Part shown: one piece after another, positions 1-11,356 of the stretch
Layout: every line of letters starts with the position of its first letter
Numbering within the stretch: the first letter of the stretch is position 1
NCBI GenBank assembly: GCA_963811105.1
Contig: CAWEPZ010000002.1
Location: 192,001 to 256,000 of the forward strand
Source of the DNA: Candidatus Bathyarchaeota archaeon
Lineage (GTDB): Archaea > Thermoproteota > Bathyarchaeia > Bathyarchaeales > Bathycorpusculaceae
Direction: 5' to 3'
Length of the DNA stretch: 64,000 bases
The notes under the pieces: generated by a model
Told to the model about the DNA's origin: nothing
What the model saw: the letters and a program-made list of their open reading frames with translations, nothing else
Databases searched by the model: none
Translations under genes and position numbers: made by a program

Positions 1-558
1 CTAGGTAATGCGAGACGTTATGCTTTCTCTTTAGTTGAAACTGAATATTGTGCAAGTTTTGAACATGACTTGTTCCTTGCCAATAATTGGTATCCTACTA
101 TTCCAAACATAGTCCAGCAGTCTGACAAATATGATGTTGCTCAAGGTATAAGAATTAGGGATATTGGAGGTTTTCGAGAAGCTGACCTTTATGACTACAG
201 GCATCGATTTGTCACAAGTGAGGATAATACGTTTTACAAGATGAGTGCAAAAGCATGGGAGCAAGCTTCCCAAAACAATAAAAGGTACTGGGTTGAAAAG
301 AATGTTTGTTCTCGCCATCTTCGCGGCAGTGTATCAAAAAGTCTACGGCATGACTACTACATTTATCGCGAAGTAAATACTGCCAGCATTTTTTCTCTTT
401 TAAAATCCTTGGCTAAATCGCCCTTTCTTTCCATAAGGATATTCAGAGAAACCAAAGGCGGGATAGTTCTATTTGCCTATCCCATGGAACGCTTACTAAT
501 ACTTAATGGAGGATTAATACATAAGATGAAAAGAGGAAACTTACAGTCGAAAAGTTGA
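1..558 (+). CDS. Glycosyltransferase family 2-like protein, 5' end outside window
   Basis: Frame open from base 1: LGNARRYAFSLVETEYCASFEHDLFLANNWY resembles the GT2 segment leading into the DxD motif (here EHD). Confidence 0.55.
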   Translation, partial: LGNARRYAFSLVETEYCASFEHDLFLANNWYPTIPNIVQQSDKYDVAQGIRIRDIGGFREADLYDYRHRFVTSEDNTFYKMSAKAWEQASQNNKRYWVEKNVCSRHLRGSVSKSLRHDYYIYREVNTASIFSLLKSLAKSPFLSIRIFRETKGGIVLFAYPMERLLILNGGLIHKMKRGNLQSKS

Positions 559-735
559 TGCCCGCACCAAAGCAAATCGATTTATTAGCACCTCAGTTTA
601 CAACCTGAAAAGTTAAGGGAGCCTCAGAACCTTAACCAAGAAAACAACTTAGAACAGACTAAACAAAAAAATGGCAACACAACTGCTGTTGGTTTACCCC
701 ACTGATAAACAGTGACAGAATTAGAGACAAAGGAG

Positions 736-1245
736 TTACCAGGGGTTTCTTTTTAAATTCATTTTATACGCTAAGAAATTGGTGAATAAATGAATAGGCG
801 GCGTAATTAGTAGAACTGTTGCCGCCAACTCCCAACTTACAATAGCCAATGGAATCGCAAAAACAAGTGCTCCTACGACAAAATCAATTTGATCAACAAT
901 TGGAAGCAAACCTCCGGGCGCAATGCCCATTCTTCTTTTGAAAAAAGCACCCGTTAAATCACCCAAAAGCGCCCCTAAAGGAGTTAATAATAAGAATAGA
1001 ATCGGGAAACCAAAAATAACAACATCAACTAATCCAACTAACATGCCTATTGCTAAGCCAAAAAGAAATCCTCTGAAAGTTTTGTTGTTTCCAAAAATGC
1101 GTCTTCCATCATAAAAATTCTTTCCGAAATCCATTTTGGTTCCTCCTCCAGCAAGCACCGGGGTCGCATTTGCGCAATAAGCCGGGAATATAAATTTCAA
1201 CGCTTGGATGACTAGAAGGGCAATGTCCATGCGATCAACCATCAT
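736..1245 (-). CDS. carS: CDP-archaeol synthase
   Basis: PAYCANATPV, DFGKNFYDGRRIFGNNKTFRG, GDLTGAFFKRR and DQIDF motifs; hydrophobic. Confidence 0.92.
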   Translation of the reverse strand: MMVDRMDIALLVIQALKFIFPAYCANATPVLAGGGTKMDFGKNFYDGRRIFGNNKTFRGFLFGLAIGMLVGLVDVVIFGFPILFLLLTPLGALLGDLTGAFFKRRMGIAPGGLLPIVDQIDFVVGALVFAIPLAIVSWELAATVLLITPPIHLFTNFLAYKMNLKRNPW

Positions 1246-1937
1246 TCTTGGAATTCAGCGTCTAATATGCCCGCTTCCTGTATTTGTACATAACAGGTAA
1301 TTTCTTGAGTGTTTTCCCGTGATTTCTCAAGAACAGCTTTAATTCTTTGCGAACAATCTGTGGGTTTCAAAGCAATTATTGTGTCAGCCCAGAACTTCAG
1401 AACTCTTGTTGCCACAGGCCTAACACTTATGTTTGCGTCATCAAAAACGCTTCGGACCTGGCTTGTTATAAGAACAGGGATTTTCCGGATTTTTGCCGTT
1501 TGCGCCAAAATAGCCAATTGTCTGTTTAACTCGCGATTTACACTGAACGCCTTTCCATTTTTTTCAGCGACCTTAGCTCCATATAAAGACGTGAAAGTGT
1601 CAATTATTATTAAGCCGAAGTTTTTAGCAGTATAATCTTGAATGCGGTCAATAACCGCCATTTGCTCTCTAAAATCTTTAGGTTTAATCAAAATGATTTG
1701 TTCGGCGACCGAGTCAAATTTGTCTCTTGAAAGTTGAGAGAGCCTTTTAGCTGAAAAAGTGTTGTCGCAATCAACAAAAAATATCTTGTGTTTCTGCAAA
1801 GCACAGTTGACGGCGGTTTGAATGGTCAATGTTGTTTTTCCAGTTTCCGGTTCACCATAAATTAAAGCAACGCTTTCTGGCGAAATGCCTCCGTCAATGC
1901 TACTGTCGATACATTTGCAGCCTGTGCTGATTTTCAT
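1242..1937 (-). CDS. radB: RadB-like RecA-family ATPase
   Basis: ISTGCKCID start, Walker A GEPETGKTT, Walker B LIIIDT, no RadA N-terminal domain. Confidence 0.85.
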   Translation of the reverse strand: MKISTGCKCIDSSIDGGISPESVALIYGEPETGKTTLTIQTAVNCALQKHKIFFVDCDNTFSAKRLSQLSRDKFDSVAEQIILIKPKDFREQMAVIDRIQDYTAKNFGLIIIDTFTSLYGAKVAEKNGKAFSVNRELNRQLAILAQTAKIRKIPVLITSQVRSVFDDANISVRPVATRVLKFWADTIIALKPTDCSQRIKAVLEKSRENTQEITCYVQIQEAGILDAEFQE

Positions 1938-2015
1938 CGTTTTTCACGGCAATGTTATAAACTTGAAACTAGTAATCTGTTTTGCACTTAAACGTATACT
2001 ATTAAGGTTGATTTA

Positions 2016-2669
2016 GTGAGCGAAAAAGTTGCTGTGGCAACGGTGGAGGGAAAAGCGTACTATCTAATTGTTAACGATTTAAGAGAGCAAAATATCTCAT
2101 TTGTGAGTTTGGTGCCTGGAAAGCCTGTGCCTGCTGAATTGAAAGTTGTTATTACAACGGAGAAAGAAAAAGACAAAGTGAAACACAAAAAAATATTGAT
2201 TTTTCATGATGAGATGGAGCTTGATGATTTAGCTAACGAAGTGAAAAAGATTCTTCGTGGAAAAGAAGACTATGAAAAAATAGTTATTGGCGTTGACCCC
2301 GGGACAGCAACTGGGTTGGCGGTAATTGCTGACGGAAAAGTTATTGAAGAGGGTAATTGCTTTAGCATAAAAGAGGTAATTAACAACATTACTAAAACTT
2401 TAAGAAACGTTAATTTCACAGTGACAAACGTTTCAGTTAAAATCGGAAATGGTATTCCAATCTACAAAGAACTGCTCCAAGCGCTAGATGAAATTTTGCC
2501 GTATCATGTGTTACTTGAAGTGGTAAGTGAAGCAGGAACTAACAGACCTTTAAGAGAAAACAGGCGCAGCCGAAGAATTAGGCACATCTCTTCAGCCATA
2601 AGGATAGCTGGCAGAACAGGCAGTATCATACCTAGGAGCAATGGAATTGCAGCACACAGTCGAATCTGA
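2016..2669 (+). CDS. Conserved archaeal protein with RNase H-like (YqgF/RuvC-type) domain
   Basis: IVIGVDPGTATGLAV motif, VKIGNG, EVVSEAGT. Confidence 0.65.
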   Translation: MSEKVAVATVEGKAYYLIVNDLREQNISFVSLVPGKPVPAELKVVITTEKEKDKVKHKKILIFHDEMELDDLANEVKKILRGKEDYEKIVIGVDPGTATGLAVIADGKVIEEGNCFSIKEVINNITKTLRNVNFTVTNVSVKIGNGIPIYKELLQALDEILPYHVLLEVVSEAGTNRPLRENRRSRRIRHISSAIRIAGRTGSIIPRSNGIAAHSRI

Positions 2670-3732
2670 CAAGACAATGTTAGTTGAGGGTCCCGCCTCT
2701 GCGATGGTCGTTTCTGGCAAGATAGAAGTATTCGGCTACCAGCCCAGAGCATCAGCAACAATCCTTGTTCGTGAGGGCAAACGGGTGCCTTTTTTTGCTG
2801 TAGAGAGAGCAGTTTTAGATGTTTCGTTGGGCGCTAACGCTAGCATTCAAGAAGTTGCTGGCAATACAATTCCATCGTCTTGGAATAAGACTGTTGAAGC
2901 AGTTTTAGGCTTGCCGAAGAAGCCAGTGACTGTTTTGATTTTAGGCCAAATAGATTCTGGAAAAAGTAGCTTCTGCACTTACCTATTGAACAAACTCTTT
3001 AAGGTAAAATGCCGTGTCGCAGTTTTAGATGGTGATTTAGGTCAATCGGACATAGGCCCATCAGGCACAGTGGGCTATGGCTTAATCTCCAAGCCAGTGG
3101 CGCAGTTGTCAAATCTGAAGTTGCAGAACGCCTTTTTTGTAGGTGTTACTTCGCCTAACGTAGCGATAGCTGAAATCATTGAAGGCTTAGCTGCCTTGAA
3201 AACTGAGGTACTGCAGACGTCTGTTGATTTTGTGGTGATTAATACTGATGGTTGGGTTACTGGCGATTTAGCCATAAGATACAAAACGGCATTAATTCAG
3301 AAGCTTAAGCCTGATGTCATAGTTGGCGTTCAAGTTAAGGATGAACTTGAGAAGTTGATTGCAAACTTAGATATTCCAGTTATTACAGTTGAACCTTCTC
3401 CTTTTCTTAGCCCACGGACCGCTGAAAACCGCAAAAGACTGCGCGAAATGACTTACTCAAGATATCTAAAAGGCGCAAAACTGGAATGTTATCCCCTAAG
3501 CCAAGTCACAGTTGAGCCAAGAAATGCTATTCCGAAGACTCAACTGCCAGAAAAAGGATTACTCGTAGGATTATATGGTAAAACAAATATTTTTTTAGGA
3601 ATTGGTGTTTTGAGAAAAATTAATCCGTTAAGAAAAATATTAAAGATTCAAACGGCAGTTTCAGCTAAGCCATTAAGAATTGTTGTCGGAAAAGTTTTCT
3701 TAGATCGAAAGCTACGAGAAATTCAGGATTGA
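2641..3732 (+). CDS. Clp1/Nol9/Grc3-family polynucleotide 5'-kinase
   Basis: GQIDSGKSS P-loop, LDGDLGQSDIGP, VINTDGW, RKRLRE lid. Confidence 0.88.
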   Translation: MELQHTVESDKTMLVEGPASAMVVSGKIEVFGYQPRASATILVREGKRVPFFAVERAVLDVSLGANASIQEVAGNTIPSSWNKTVEAVLGLPKKPVTVLILGQIDSGKSSFCTYLLNKLFKVKCRVAVLDGDLGQSDIGPSGTVGYGLISKPVAQLSNLKLQNAFFVGVTSPNVAIAEIIEGLAALKTEVLQTSVDFVVINTDGWVTGDLAIRYKTALIQKLKPDVIVGVQVKDELEKLIANLDIPVITVEPSPFLSPRTAENRKRLREMTYSRYLKGAKLECYPLSQVTVEPRNAIPKTQLPEKGLLVGLYGKTNIFLGIGVLRKINPLRKILKIQTAVSAKPLRIVVGKVFLDRKLREIQD

Positions 3733-5657
3733 ATTTTAAAGAAATTGCTTATTTCTGCAGCTAAAACATTTCTTTCATTAGGCAGAGTTTTCATGCCTTT
3801 ATTTATCCATGACGGCAGAAAGCTTCGACAATAATTTGTTGAGAAGCGGTAGTCTAAGAAAACTATAGCTCCACGATCCTCCAAAGTTCTTATGGGTCTG
3901 CCCGCAGCTTGTGAAGCTTTCTTCATTGCTGGTAAAACATAACCATATTCCCGTCCAAACCCTGGAAAACGTTTTTCGTAATATTCAATTTGTGCTTTCA
4001 CTCTGGGCGTCGGCTCCGCATAAGGAATACCAACAACTACAACGGAGTTCATTTGGTTGCCTGGAAAATCCACACCCTCCGAAGTTCTTCCTCCTTGAAC
4101 ACCTATGAACACGGCGCCACTTCGGCCTCCGCATGCTTTGAAATCCTGCACCATTTTCTCATTAGCCTTAGATGACATCCCTTTTCGTTCATAAAACAGC
4201 GGTTTCTCCAAGGCATTTTCTAAGCCTTCAGCTAAAAGCGAATTTAATACTCCATATGAGGCTGCGAAAACTCCAGTATTAGTGGGCGTATTAGCAGCAA
4301 CCTCGTTTATTCGTTCGATCATTATTTGGTACATTGATGGGGTTCTTTTCTCCATGGCGGTGGTGACGCCTAAGCAAACAGCTGAGAACACGTGTTCCTT
4401 TGGAAAAGGTGATGGTACAATGCATTGGACTGTGTTTTGCGGAAGCTTTGTTATCCTTGAGAACGCTTCAAGAGGTTGAAGAGTACCCGACATTATGACA
4501 TTGGCATACGTTGATGAGAAAACGGGCTCGGTGATTTTCGAAGGGTCAAGCGCAACAATTTCAAGCTTTGCTGTTTTGTTTTTGTCTTTGTTTAGGTAGC
4601 GACTTGCCACATTAATGTACGAGTCATTACCCACTGTTTCAAGCCATTTAAGCATAAACTCGCTCATCGCGTGAAGATAAGAACGGGGATTTTTTCCTTC
4701 TGCCAACAGAGTTTTCTTAATTGCCCCTCCAGCTTCATGCATTCGCTCAAAAAAATCCTGAGGGTTTTTCATGTTGCCTTGCTTTTGAATAATTTCAAGA
4801 ATTCTATCAGGGGAAATTATTTCTTCTCTATCTACATGGTCGGTTAATTTTTCCACTTCAATCCTGAAGAACTTTGCAAAAGCTTCAACATCTTTGTTGC
4901 CAAATCTATTTGCTTCCATCTCCGCCTGCTTCATAACAAAAAGTGACAGTGTGCAGCTTGAAATGTCAATTGCCGTTTCAGGCAAATTGTGAGCTTCATC
5001 GACAATCAAAATTATTTTTTGAGGCTCAGTTTCCAAGTTTTTTAAAAAAGCATTACGAATTGCAGGGTCAAAAACATAGAGGTAGCTTAGGGCAATCACT
5101 TTAGCCTCTGATAATGCTGATTTGACTAGTTCATATGGGCAGATTTCCTTTTTCTTGCAAATGCCCATTAGTTCTGAAGCCATGTATGGGCGAGCTGCAA
5201 CTTGCTGTTGAAGTTGAATGTAATCGTAAGTTCGATCATCCACATTAATGTAATAGGGGCAGCGGCTTTTTGCTTTCAGTAGCTCGCAAACTTCCATTAG
5301 CGATTTGGAGTCAAAAGAGCCTCGGGCGGCGAAAACGTTAAGGCACATTTCACCTCGCCCACGAATAGAAACGCCTGTCACATGGTGCCTTTTGTAAATT
5401 GCCCTCAGTTCTTCTATTACGCGATCATGTTGGCGGTGGGTGCGTGCAACATAAAGTATTTTCAGTTTTTTCTCTATCGCCACTGGTAAACAAGCAGATA
5501 GAGCTGAGATGGTTTTTCCTAATCCGTTGCTGCCTTCAATCAAGACCGAGCGTCTTTCGTGGACTGCGTTGTAGACTGTTTTGACGAAGTCATCTTGATG
5601 TGGTCGCACGTTAGAGTATGGGAAATACTCTGTAACTTCTTGGGGTACCTTAATCAT
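3723..5657 (-). CDS. xpd: XPD/Rad3-family Fe-S DNA helicase
   Basis: GSNGLGKT, ARTHRQ, Fe-S cysteines (EMCL..CPY..CPY), DEAH box, SGTL, SEGVDF, QAAGRPIR. Confidence 0.92.
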   Translation of the reverse strand: MIKVPQEVTEYFPYSNVRPHQDDFVKTVYNAVHERRSVLIEGSNGLGKTISALSACLPVAIEKKLKILYVARTHRQHDRVIEELRAIYKRHHVTGVSIRGRGEMCLNVFAARGSFDSKSLMEVCELLKAKSRCPYYINVDDRTYDYIQLQQQVAARPYMASELMGICKKKEICPYELVKSALSEAKVIALSYLYVFDPAIRNAFLKNLETEPQKIILIVDEAHNLPETAIDISSCTLSLFVMKQAEMEANRFGNKDVEAFAKFFRIEVEKLTDHVDREEIISPDRILEIIQKQGNMKNPQDFFERMHEAGGAIKKTLLAEGKNPRSYLHAMSEFMLKWLETVGNDSYINVASRYLNKDKNKTAKLEIVALDPSKITEPVFSSTYANVIMSGTLQPLEAFSRITKLPQNTVQCIVPSPFPKEHVFSAVCLGVTTAMEKRTPSMYQIMIERINEVAANTPTNTGVFAASYGVLNSLLAEGLENALEKPLFYERKGMSSKANEKMVQDFKACGGRSGAVFIGVQGGRTSEGVDFPGNQMNSVVVVGIPYAEPTPRVKAQIEYYEKRFPGFGREYGYVLPAMKKASQAAGRPIRTLEDRGAIVFLDYRFSTNYCRSFLPSWINKGMKTLPNERNVLAAEISNFFKIQS

Positions 5658-6324
5658 TTTTATCCCCTGAACCGTTTGAAGGACAATATTTGTTCACTGG
5701 GCATTGGTGGCAAATTGGTTTTCTTGCTTTGCAGTATTTTCTGCCATGAGCAATCAATAGAAGATGAAGAGCTAAGTAATCTTTCGGCTCAAAAAGTGAC
5801 TGAAGACTCAAACGTACAGTCTCGTAGTTGCTGTTTGCAGGCGCCAAACCAAGACGTTTAGCTACACGATTTACATGTGTATCAACAGGAACGGTAGGCT
5901 TGTTTGCAGAGAAAAGTAAGACGACATCAGCTGTTTTCGGTCCAACCCCCGGTAGCTCAAGCAGTATTTTTCTTGCTTCATCCAAAGGCAAAGACAAAAT
6001 TGGCTTCAGTGAGCCGTCAAATTTTTCAAAAACTATTCTTGAAACTGATTGTATTGTTTTGGCTTTGCTTCTGTAAAGACCGCCAATGTGGAGGCATGCT
6101 TCGAGGGCACATGTTTCCGCTGAAGCCAGTGCTTGAGGGGTTATTTCGAAGTGTTTCGAGAGGTTTTGGAAGGCTCGCTCAGTGTTGGTGTCAGCAGTGT
6201 TCTGTGACATAATAGTAACAATTAACGTTTCGAAGGGGTCGGTTTGCGGCTTCACCAAGCTGGGCACGTTTATGTTTTTGCGTAATGTTTCCAAGATTAT
6301 TGCCCCATACTGGTTAGCCATCAT
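5650..6324 (-). CDS. nth: Endonuclease III (HhH-GPD, 4Fe-4S)
   Basis: SQNTAD, LPGVGPKTA HhH, VDTHVNR, C-terminal CKARKPICHQCPVNKYC. Confidence 0.93.
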   Translation of the reverse strand: MMANQYGAIILETLRKNINVPSLVKPQTDPFETLIVTIMSQNTADTNTERAFQNLSKHFEITPQALASAETCALEACLHIGGLYRSKAKTIQSVSRIVFEKFDGSLKPILSLPLDEARKILLELPGVGPKTADVVLLFSANKPTVPVDTHVNRVAKRLGLAPANSNYETVRLSLQSLFEPKDYLALHLLLIAHGRKYCKARKPICHQCPVNKYCPSNGSGDKND

Positions 6325-6690
6325 CTTTGCCTTCAAACTCTCGAAAATATAGCCGAACTATTGATTATTCATGCTATAAATACCATCGGTAATAAAATGC
6401 TTAAACCTTGAAACGGATAGAGCGATTAAGAAAGCTTTTCAACTAATCATTCTTTCGCTAAATTTTAGTAATTTTTGAAACGAAAGTAGTATTGTTGTCG
6501 GAGCAAAAGCAAGCGAATAAGAGTATATCGATTAATGTCCGTATCTTAGTTTTTTGTTCTTTTCACATTTAGAATTAACATTTAACTCTTGGAGCGTTTG
6601 AAAGCAGGATTTGCTTTTATAGGAAAGGTTTTTAGTATAGTTATTATATGAATCTGTGAAACTGTGAATAGGATAAAGTGAGGTTAAGTT

Positions 6691-7419
6691 ATGTCAGTGT
6701 TTGCAGCACCAGGAGCATATGACCGTGCTATAACCGTTTTCTCGCCTGACGGTCGACTCTTCCAAGTAGAATACGCGATGGAGTTAGTAAACCGTGGAGC
6801 TACGATTATAGGTATTCAATGTCCCGAAGGTTTAGTGCTTGGTTCCGAAGAAAATATTGAAGTCCTTGAAGAAGCAGGTTTCTCATGGAAAATCTTCAGG
6901 GTAGACGATCACATTGGCGCAGCCATTGTTGGTTTAAGTTCAGACGCCAGAATACTAATTGATCAAGCTCGGATATACGCTCAAAGTAATAAATTAACTT
7001 ATGATGAACCCATAGATGTAGAAGTCGTAACCAAACGTATATGTGATATCCAGCAAATGTACACGCAGCATGCAGGTGTAAGACCCTTCGGAGTTTCCAT
7101 AATTTTCGGGGGAGTAGATAAAACCGGCACCAGAGTGTTCGGCACACATCCAAGCGGAACATACAGAGGATACAAAGCCACAGCTTTAGGAGCAGGTAGA
7201 GAAACAGTCCTTGCAGTTCTAAAAGATGAATACAAAGAAGACTTGACGTTGGACAAAAGCATCAAACTCACTGTGAAATGCTTAGTGAAAGCCTTGGAAG
7301 CAAGACAGTTACCGCCGAGAATAAAAATCGCAGTCATACCTGTAACCACCAAGAAGATGGAAATGTTGAGCGACGAATCTGTGGAAGGCTACGTTCAAGA
7401 GATGGGCTCAAGCAAGTGA
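6691..7419 (+). CDS. psmA: Proteasome alpha subunit
   Basis: [20 protein letters not shown] signature, GVRPFGVS. Confidence 0.97.
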   Translation: MSVFAAPGAYDRAITVFSPDGRLFQVEYAMELVNRGATIIGIQCPEGLVLGSEENIEVLEEAGFSWKIFRVDDHIGAAIVGLSSDARILIDQARIYAQSNKLTYDEPIDVEVVTKRICDIQQMYTQHAGVRPFGVSIIFGGVDKTGTRVFGTHPSGTYRGYKATALGAGRETVLAVLKDEYKEDLTLDKSIKLTVKCLVKALEARQLPPRIKIAVIPVTTKKMEMLSDESVEGYVQEMGSSK

Positions 7420-7426
7420 AAACCTA

Positions 7427-8116
7427 ATGAGTGAAAAGTTTACTGTTGCACGACTAACAAAAGATAACGAGCATTTTGAAATCTTAGTCAAACCGCAAAA
7501 AGCACTTGAATACCGCAACGGCAAAATCCCAGGAATAACCGAAGTTTTAGCTGCTGAACTTATATTTTCTGACGCAAACAAAGGCACCAAAGTTTCCGAA
7601 GAAGCAATGCGCAAAGCCTTCGGAACGATCGATCCCTTAAAAGTTGCTGACATAATACTTCATAAAGGGACGCTTCAACTAACAACTGAACAAAGACGAA
7701 AAATGGTTGAAGACAAAAGAAAGCAAATAATTGATTTTATTGCACGGCAAGCAGTTGATCCAAAAACAAATCTGCCGCATCCTCCAATGCGGATAGAGAA
7801 TGCGATGGAACAAATTCGTTACCCAATAGACCCATACAAACCCGTGGAAGAACAAGCTAAAGATATAGTGAAACTCTTAAGGCCAATTTTGCCTCTAAAG
7901 ATAGAGCAAGTGGTAGTTGCTGTAAAAATTCCTGCCCAACACTCAGCGAGAGCTTATGGGTCAATCAAGACTTTGGGAACTATAAAACGGGAAGAATGGC
8001 GTGGAGATGGTTCATGGTACGGCGAAATAGAATTGCCTGCAGGATCATACGCCTCGTTGCTAAACAAACTTGGCGACGTAACTAAGGGAAGTGGAGAAGC
8101 AAAAATAATCTCATAG
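7427..8116 (+). CDS. Ribosome maturation factor SBDS/Sdo1
   Basis: [29 protein letters not shown]; position in exosome superoperon. Confidence 0.95.
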   Translation: MSEKFTVARLTKDNEHFEILVKPQKALEYRNGKIPGITEVLAAELIFSDANKGTKVSEEAMRKAFGTIDPLKVADIILHKGTLQLTTEQRRKMVEDKRKQIIDFIARQAVDPKTNLPHPPMRIENAMEQIRYPIDPYKPVEEQAKDIVKLLRPILPLKIEQVVVAVKIPAQHSARAYGSIKTLGTIKREEWRGDGSWYGEIELPAGSYASLLNKLGDVTKGSGEAKIIS

Positions 8117-8143
8117 AAATAAAATTGGATGGTGAAAAAATTA

Positions 8144-8860
8144 ATGCCAGTGTTCTTTGAAAAAAAACAGCTTGTTACACCAGGAGAATTGCTTGCTGAA
8201 GGCGATTACTTACCTGGCGAAAACACATACGTTGAGCAAAACAAAATTTACTCTTCAAGAATTGGTCTCGTAGATACTGATGTTAAAAAAGTGAATGTGG
8301 TTGCACTTCGGGCTTTTTATGTGCCGAAAATGGGTGATATTGTCATAGGAACCGTTTTGGAAGTTGGATTTAACGGTTGGACAGTTGATATTAAATCACC
8401 CTACTCAGCGCTCTTACGTGCATCGGATGTTTTAAGCAGACCTTTCAAACCCCAAAACGACGAGTTATCAGCGGTTCTAAATGCAGGTGACTTAATTGTT
8501 GCAAAAATCGCATCTTACGACAGAGCTCACGACCCACAACTTACCGTTGGTGAGCCAGGGTTAGGAAAAATAACTCGCGGCCAAATTCTTCAAGTAACGC
8601 CAACAAAGATTCCTCGCGTAATCGGCAGAAAAGGCTCAATGATATCTATGATAAAACAAGAAACAAACTGCCAAATAATTTTGGGACTAAACGGCGTCGT
8701 CTTGGTCACAGGTAAATCCCTTGAAGATGAGGAACTTGCAATAACAGCAATTAAAAAAATTGAAGAGGAATCCCACACAAGTGGCTTAACAGACCGCATA
8801 ACACAGTTACTCAAAGAAAGCAAAGTTAATGTTAAAGTGGAGGAAAACAAGAATGAATGA
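8144..8860 (+). CDS. rrp4: Exosome RNA-binding protein Rrp4
   Basis: [20 protein letters not shown]1 domain, KH motif [12 protein letters not shown]; GGTGA RBS upstream of 8144. Confidence 0.95.
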   Translation: MPVFFEKKQLVTPGELLAEGDYLPGENTYVEQNKIYSSRIGLVDTDVKKVNVVALRAFYVPKMGDIVIGTVLEVGFNGWTVDIKSPYSALLRASDVLSRPFKPQNDELSAVLNAGDLIVAKIASYDRAHDPQLTVGEPGLGKITRGQILQVTPTKIPRVIGRKGSMISMIKQETNCQIILGLNGVVLVTGKSLEDEELAITAIKKIEEESHTSGLTDRITQLLKESKVNVKVEENKNE

Positions 8861-9590
8861 AAAACCTGAAAAATTAATCGATAAAAAAGGCATTAGATTA
8901 GATGGTAGAAAAGCAGATGAACTTCGACCCCTAAAACTTCAAGTCGGTGTCTTAGGAAACGCTGATGGATCTGCTTATGTTGAACATGGGAAAAATAAAA
9001 TTCTCGCAGCGGCATTCGGTCCAAGAGAAATGCATCCAAAACATTTGTCTCAACCAGACAAAATGGTTCTACGATGCCGTTATCACATGGCTCCCTTTTC
9101 AGTTCAGGAACGAAAATCTCCTGCACCTTCCAGAAGAGAAGTCGAGCTCTCTAAGGTGATACGAGAATCATTAGAACCAGCTTTGTTCCTGGAGCTTTAT
9201 CCTCGAACAGGCGTTGACGTTTACATCGAAGTATTGCAAGCTGATGGTGGAACGAGATGTGCAAGCATCACCGCTGCTGCTTTAGCTATTGCTGACGCTG
9301 GCGTTCCTATGCGTGACTTAGTAGTTGGTTGTGCAGCAGGAAAAATTGATGACACAGTCGTTTTAGATTTATACGATGCTGAAGACAAACTTGGCGCTGC
9401 AGACGTTCCAGTAGCTTATATGCCTAATTTGAACGCGGTTACTCTGCTTCAGATGGATGGCCTGCTTTCAACCGAAGAATTTGAAAAAGCGATGAACATG
9501 GCAATAGATGGATGCAAGAAAATTTACGAAATGCAGAAGGAAGCATTAAAAACGAAATACATGGTTGTTAAAGAGGTAGGTGAAGAATAA
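8853..9590 (+). CDS. rrp41: Exosome catalytic subunit Rrp41
   Basis: [27 protein letters not shown] RNase PH motifs. Confidence 0.96.
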   Translation: MNEKPEKLIDKKGIRLDGRKADELRPLKLQVGVLGNADGSAYVEHGKNKILAAAFGPREMHPKHLSQPDKMVLRCRYHMAPFSVQERKSPAPSRREVELSKVIRESLEPALFLELYPRTGVDVYIEVLQADGGTRCASITAAALAIADAGVPMRDLVVGCAAGKIDDTVVLDLYDAEDKLGAADVPVAYMPNLNAVTLLQMDGLLSTEEFEKAMNMAIDGCKKIYEMQKEALKTKYMVVKEVGEE

Positions 9591-10381
9591 TGTCATCATT
9601 AGTTACTAAAGTTAGACTAAAGCAAATTGAGCAGCTTATAGAAAAAGGAAAACGCCTAGATGAACGAGGCTTACACGATTACAGACCCATCAAAATTGAA
9701 CAAGGATTAATAGAGCGCGCTGAAGGCTCAGCAAGAGTTTTACTCGGCAAAACCGAGGTTCTTTGCGGAGTAAAAGTCGAAACGGGTGAACCATTCACAG
9801 ACACACCAAACGAAGGAGTATTAACTGTAAATGCTGAACTTGTGCCTTTAGCTTCTCCGAATTTTGAGCCAGGACCGCCAAATGAAGACTCTGTTGAATT
9901 AGCAAGAGTTGTTGACCGAGGTATACGTGAATCAAAAACAATTGACAATGAAAAACTTTGCATTGAACCGGGCAAAAAAGTCTTTGTTGTCTTCGTTGAC
10001 GTCTATGTGCTGAATCATGATGGAAATTTGATTGACGCTTCCGCTTTGGCTGCTATGGCTGCACTGCTAAACACAAAGATGCCTAATTACGAAATCAAAG
10101 ACGGCGAGGTAAAAATTAAACAAGGATATACGCCGTTGCCTCTAAGAAGTCACCCAATAACAGTGACAACAGGCAAGATCAATGGTAATTTGATTGTTGA
10201 TCCTTGGCTGGAAGAAGAGCAAGTTATGGACTCACGGATATCAATGGCTATCAAAGAGGACGGTACTATTTGCGCCATTCAAAAAGGAGGCTCAGGCTAT
10301 TTCACACCACAACAGATTTTAGAGGCCTCAAAGATCGCCCAGGAGAAAGCTGCAGAACAACGCAAGAAGCTTGATTGGTGA
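9590..10381 (+). CDS. rrp42: Exosome subunit Rrp42
   Basis: AEGSARV, FEPGPP, ELARVVDRGIRES, HDGNLIDA. Confidence 0.96.
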   Translation: MSSLVTKVRLKQIEQLIEKGKRLDERGLHDYRPIKIEQGLIERAEGSARVLLGKTEVLCGVKVETGEPFTDTPNEGVLTVNAELVPLASPNFEPGPPNEDSVELARVVDRGIRESKTIDNEKLCIEPGKKVFVVFVDVYVLNHDGNLIDASALAAMAALLNTKMPNYEIKDGEVKIKQGYTPLPLRSHPITVTTGKINGNLIVDPWLEEEQVMDSRISMAIKEDGTICAIQKGGSGYFTPQQILEASKIAQEKAAEQRKKLDW

Positions 10382-10713
10382 AAAAAGTGCCAAAAACAAA
10401 GAAAGTCGGTCCAACAAGAGGTTTAGGCCCACGTTACGGTTCCACAGTTAGGAAACGCTATATTAAAGTAATCACTGAACTCAAAAAGCCGCACAAATGT
10501 CCAAACTGCGGCTTTGTTAGAGTAAAACGTGAAAGCGTCGGCGTTTGGAAATGTACTAAATGCAGCTTTACCTTCGCGGGAGGCGCTTACACCCCTGCAA
10601 CAAAACTGGGCATTGTGGCTAAACGTGCAGCAAAAGGTTTCCCAATAGAGGAAGCAACCAAAGAAGCTGCAAAAGCCGCTGTCGAGCCGGTAACCGAAGA
10701 AGAAACTGAGTAA
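10375..10713 (+). CDS. rpl37ae: 50S ribosomal protein L37Ae (eL43)
   Basis: GPRYGSTVRK, CPNC...WKCTKC zinc ribbon, AGGAY. Confidence 0.95.
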   Translation: MVKKVPKTKKVGPTRGLGPRYGSTVRKRYIKVITELKKPHKCPNCGFVRVKRESVGVWKCTKCSFTFAGGAYTPATKLGIVAKRAAKGFPIEEATKEAAKAAVEPVTEEETE

Positions 10714-10869
10714 CCTCTTCTCCTCAATTTTATTTTCTTTATTTTAATTATTAAGTTACAGATAGATGTTTTTAGCCTAATTTATGAACCTAAAATGTGC
10801 GCTTCTTCTACACATCGTTTCAGGCTCCAATTTATTACTCCGGATGTTGTGTTTAGCTCGGGAATCTTC

Positions 10870-11130
10870 ATGGCAGTGGGGGCAAAGGCGAATATACGTT
10901 TAAAATTCCATTCCGAAAAGCAGGTAAACACTCTGCTTGATGCACTAACACCTGAAACCAAAGCGACCGTAACCAAGCGCGCTAATGTAGAGTTAGAGAA
11001 GGATGGCTTGTTTTTAGTGCTGTTGATTGATGCGGACGACACTGTAGCTTTGCGCTCAACTTTGAATGCATATTTGCGCTGGATAAATTCAGCCTTAAAC
11101 ATTATTGGCTTAATAGAGCATGAAACATAG
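10870..11130 (+). CDS. pcc1: KEOPS complex subunit Pcc1
   Basis: ALTPE...IDADDTVALRSTLNAYLRWI; follows rpl37ae as in the archaeal exosome operon. Confidence 0.88.
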   Translation: MAVGAKANIRLKFHSEKQVNTLLDALTPETKATVTKRANVELEKDGLFLVLLIDADDTVALRSTLNAYLRWINSALNIIGLIEHET

Positions 11131-11281
11131 TGGACGCTTAGTCAAGAAATTTGGATTATACCATTGGCATTTACATTTCGTTCCGAAAACAAAATTTTGT
11201 TCAAGAAAAAAGAAAAAATGTGGTTTCAACATTGACGATTGATGGACGCTTTTGGAAAGGAAGGTTCAAATAAAAAAAGGA

Positions 11282-11334
11282 AATGTGGTTGAAGTCTCCA
11301 TTGGAGGAGCGTTCAAGTCCCACCCCCGGCATCA
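11282..11334 (+). repeat. Direct repeat copy 1 ending in a tRNA 3'-end-like sequence
   Basis: AATGTGGTTGAAGTCTCCATTGGAGGAGCGTTCAAGTCCCACCCCCGGCATCA; near-identical to 12116-12169; T-loop GTTCAAGT plus acceptor-strand CCCCGGCA. Confidence 0.75.
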
Positions 11335-11356
11335 ATCACAAATTTTAATGAATAAA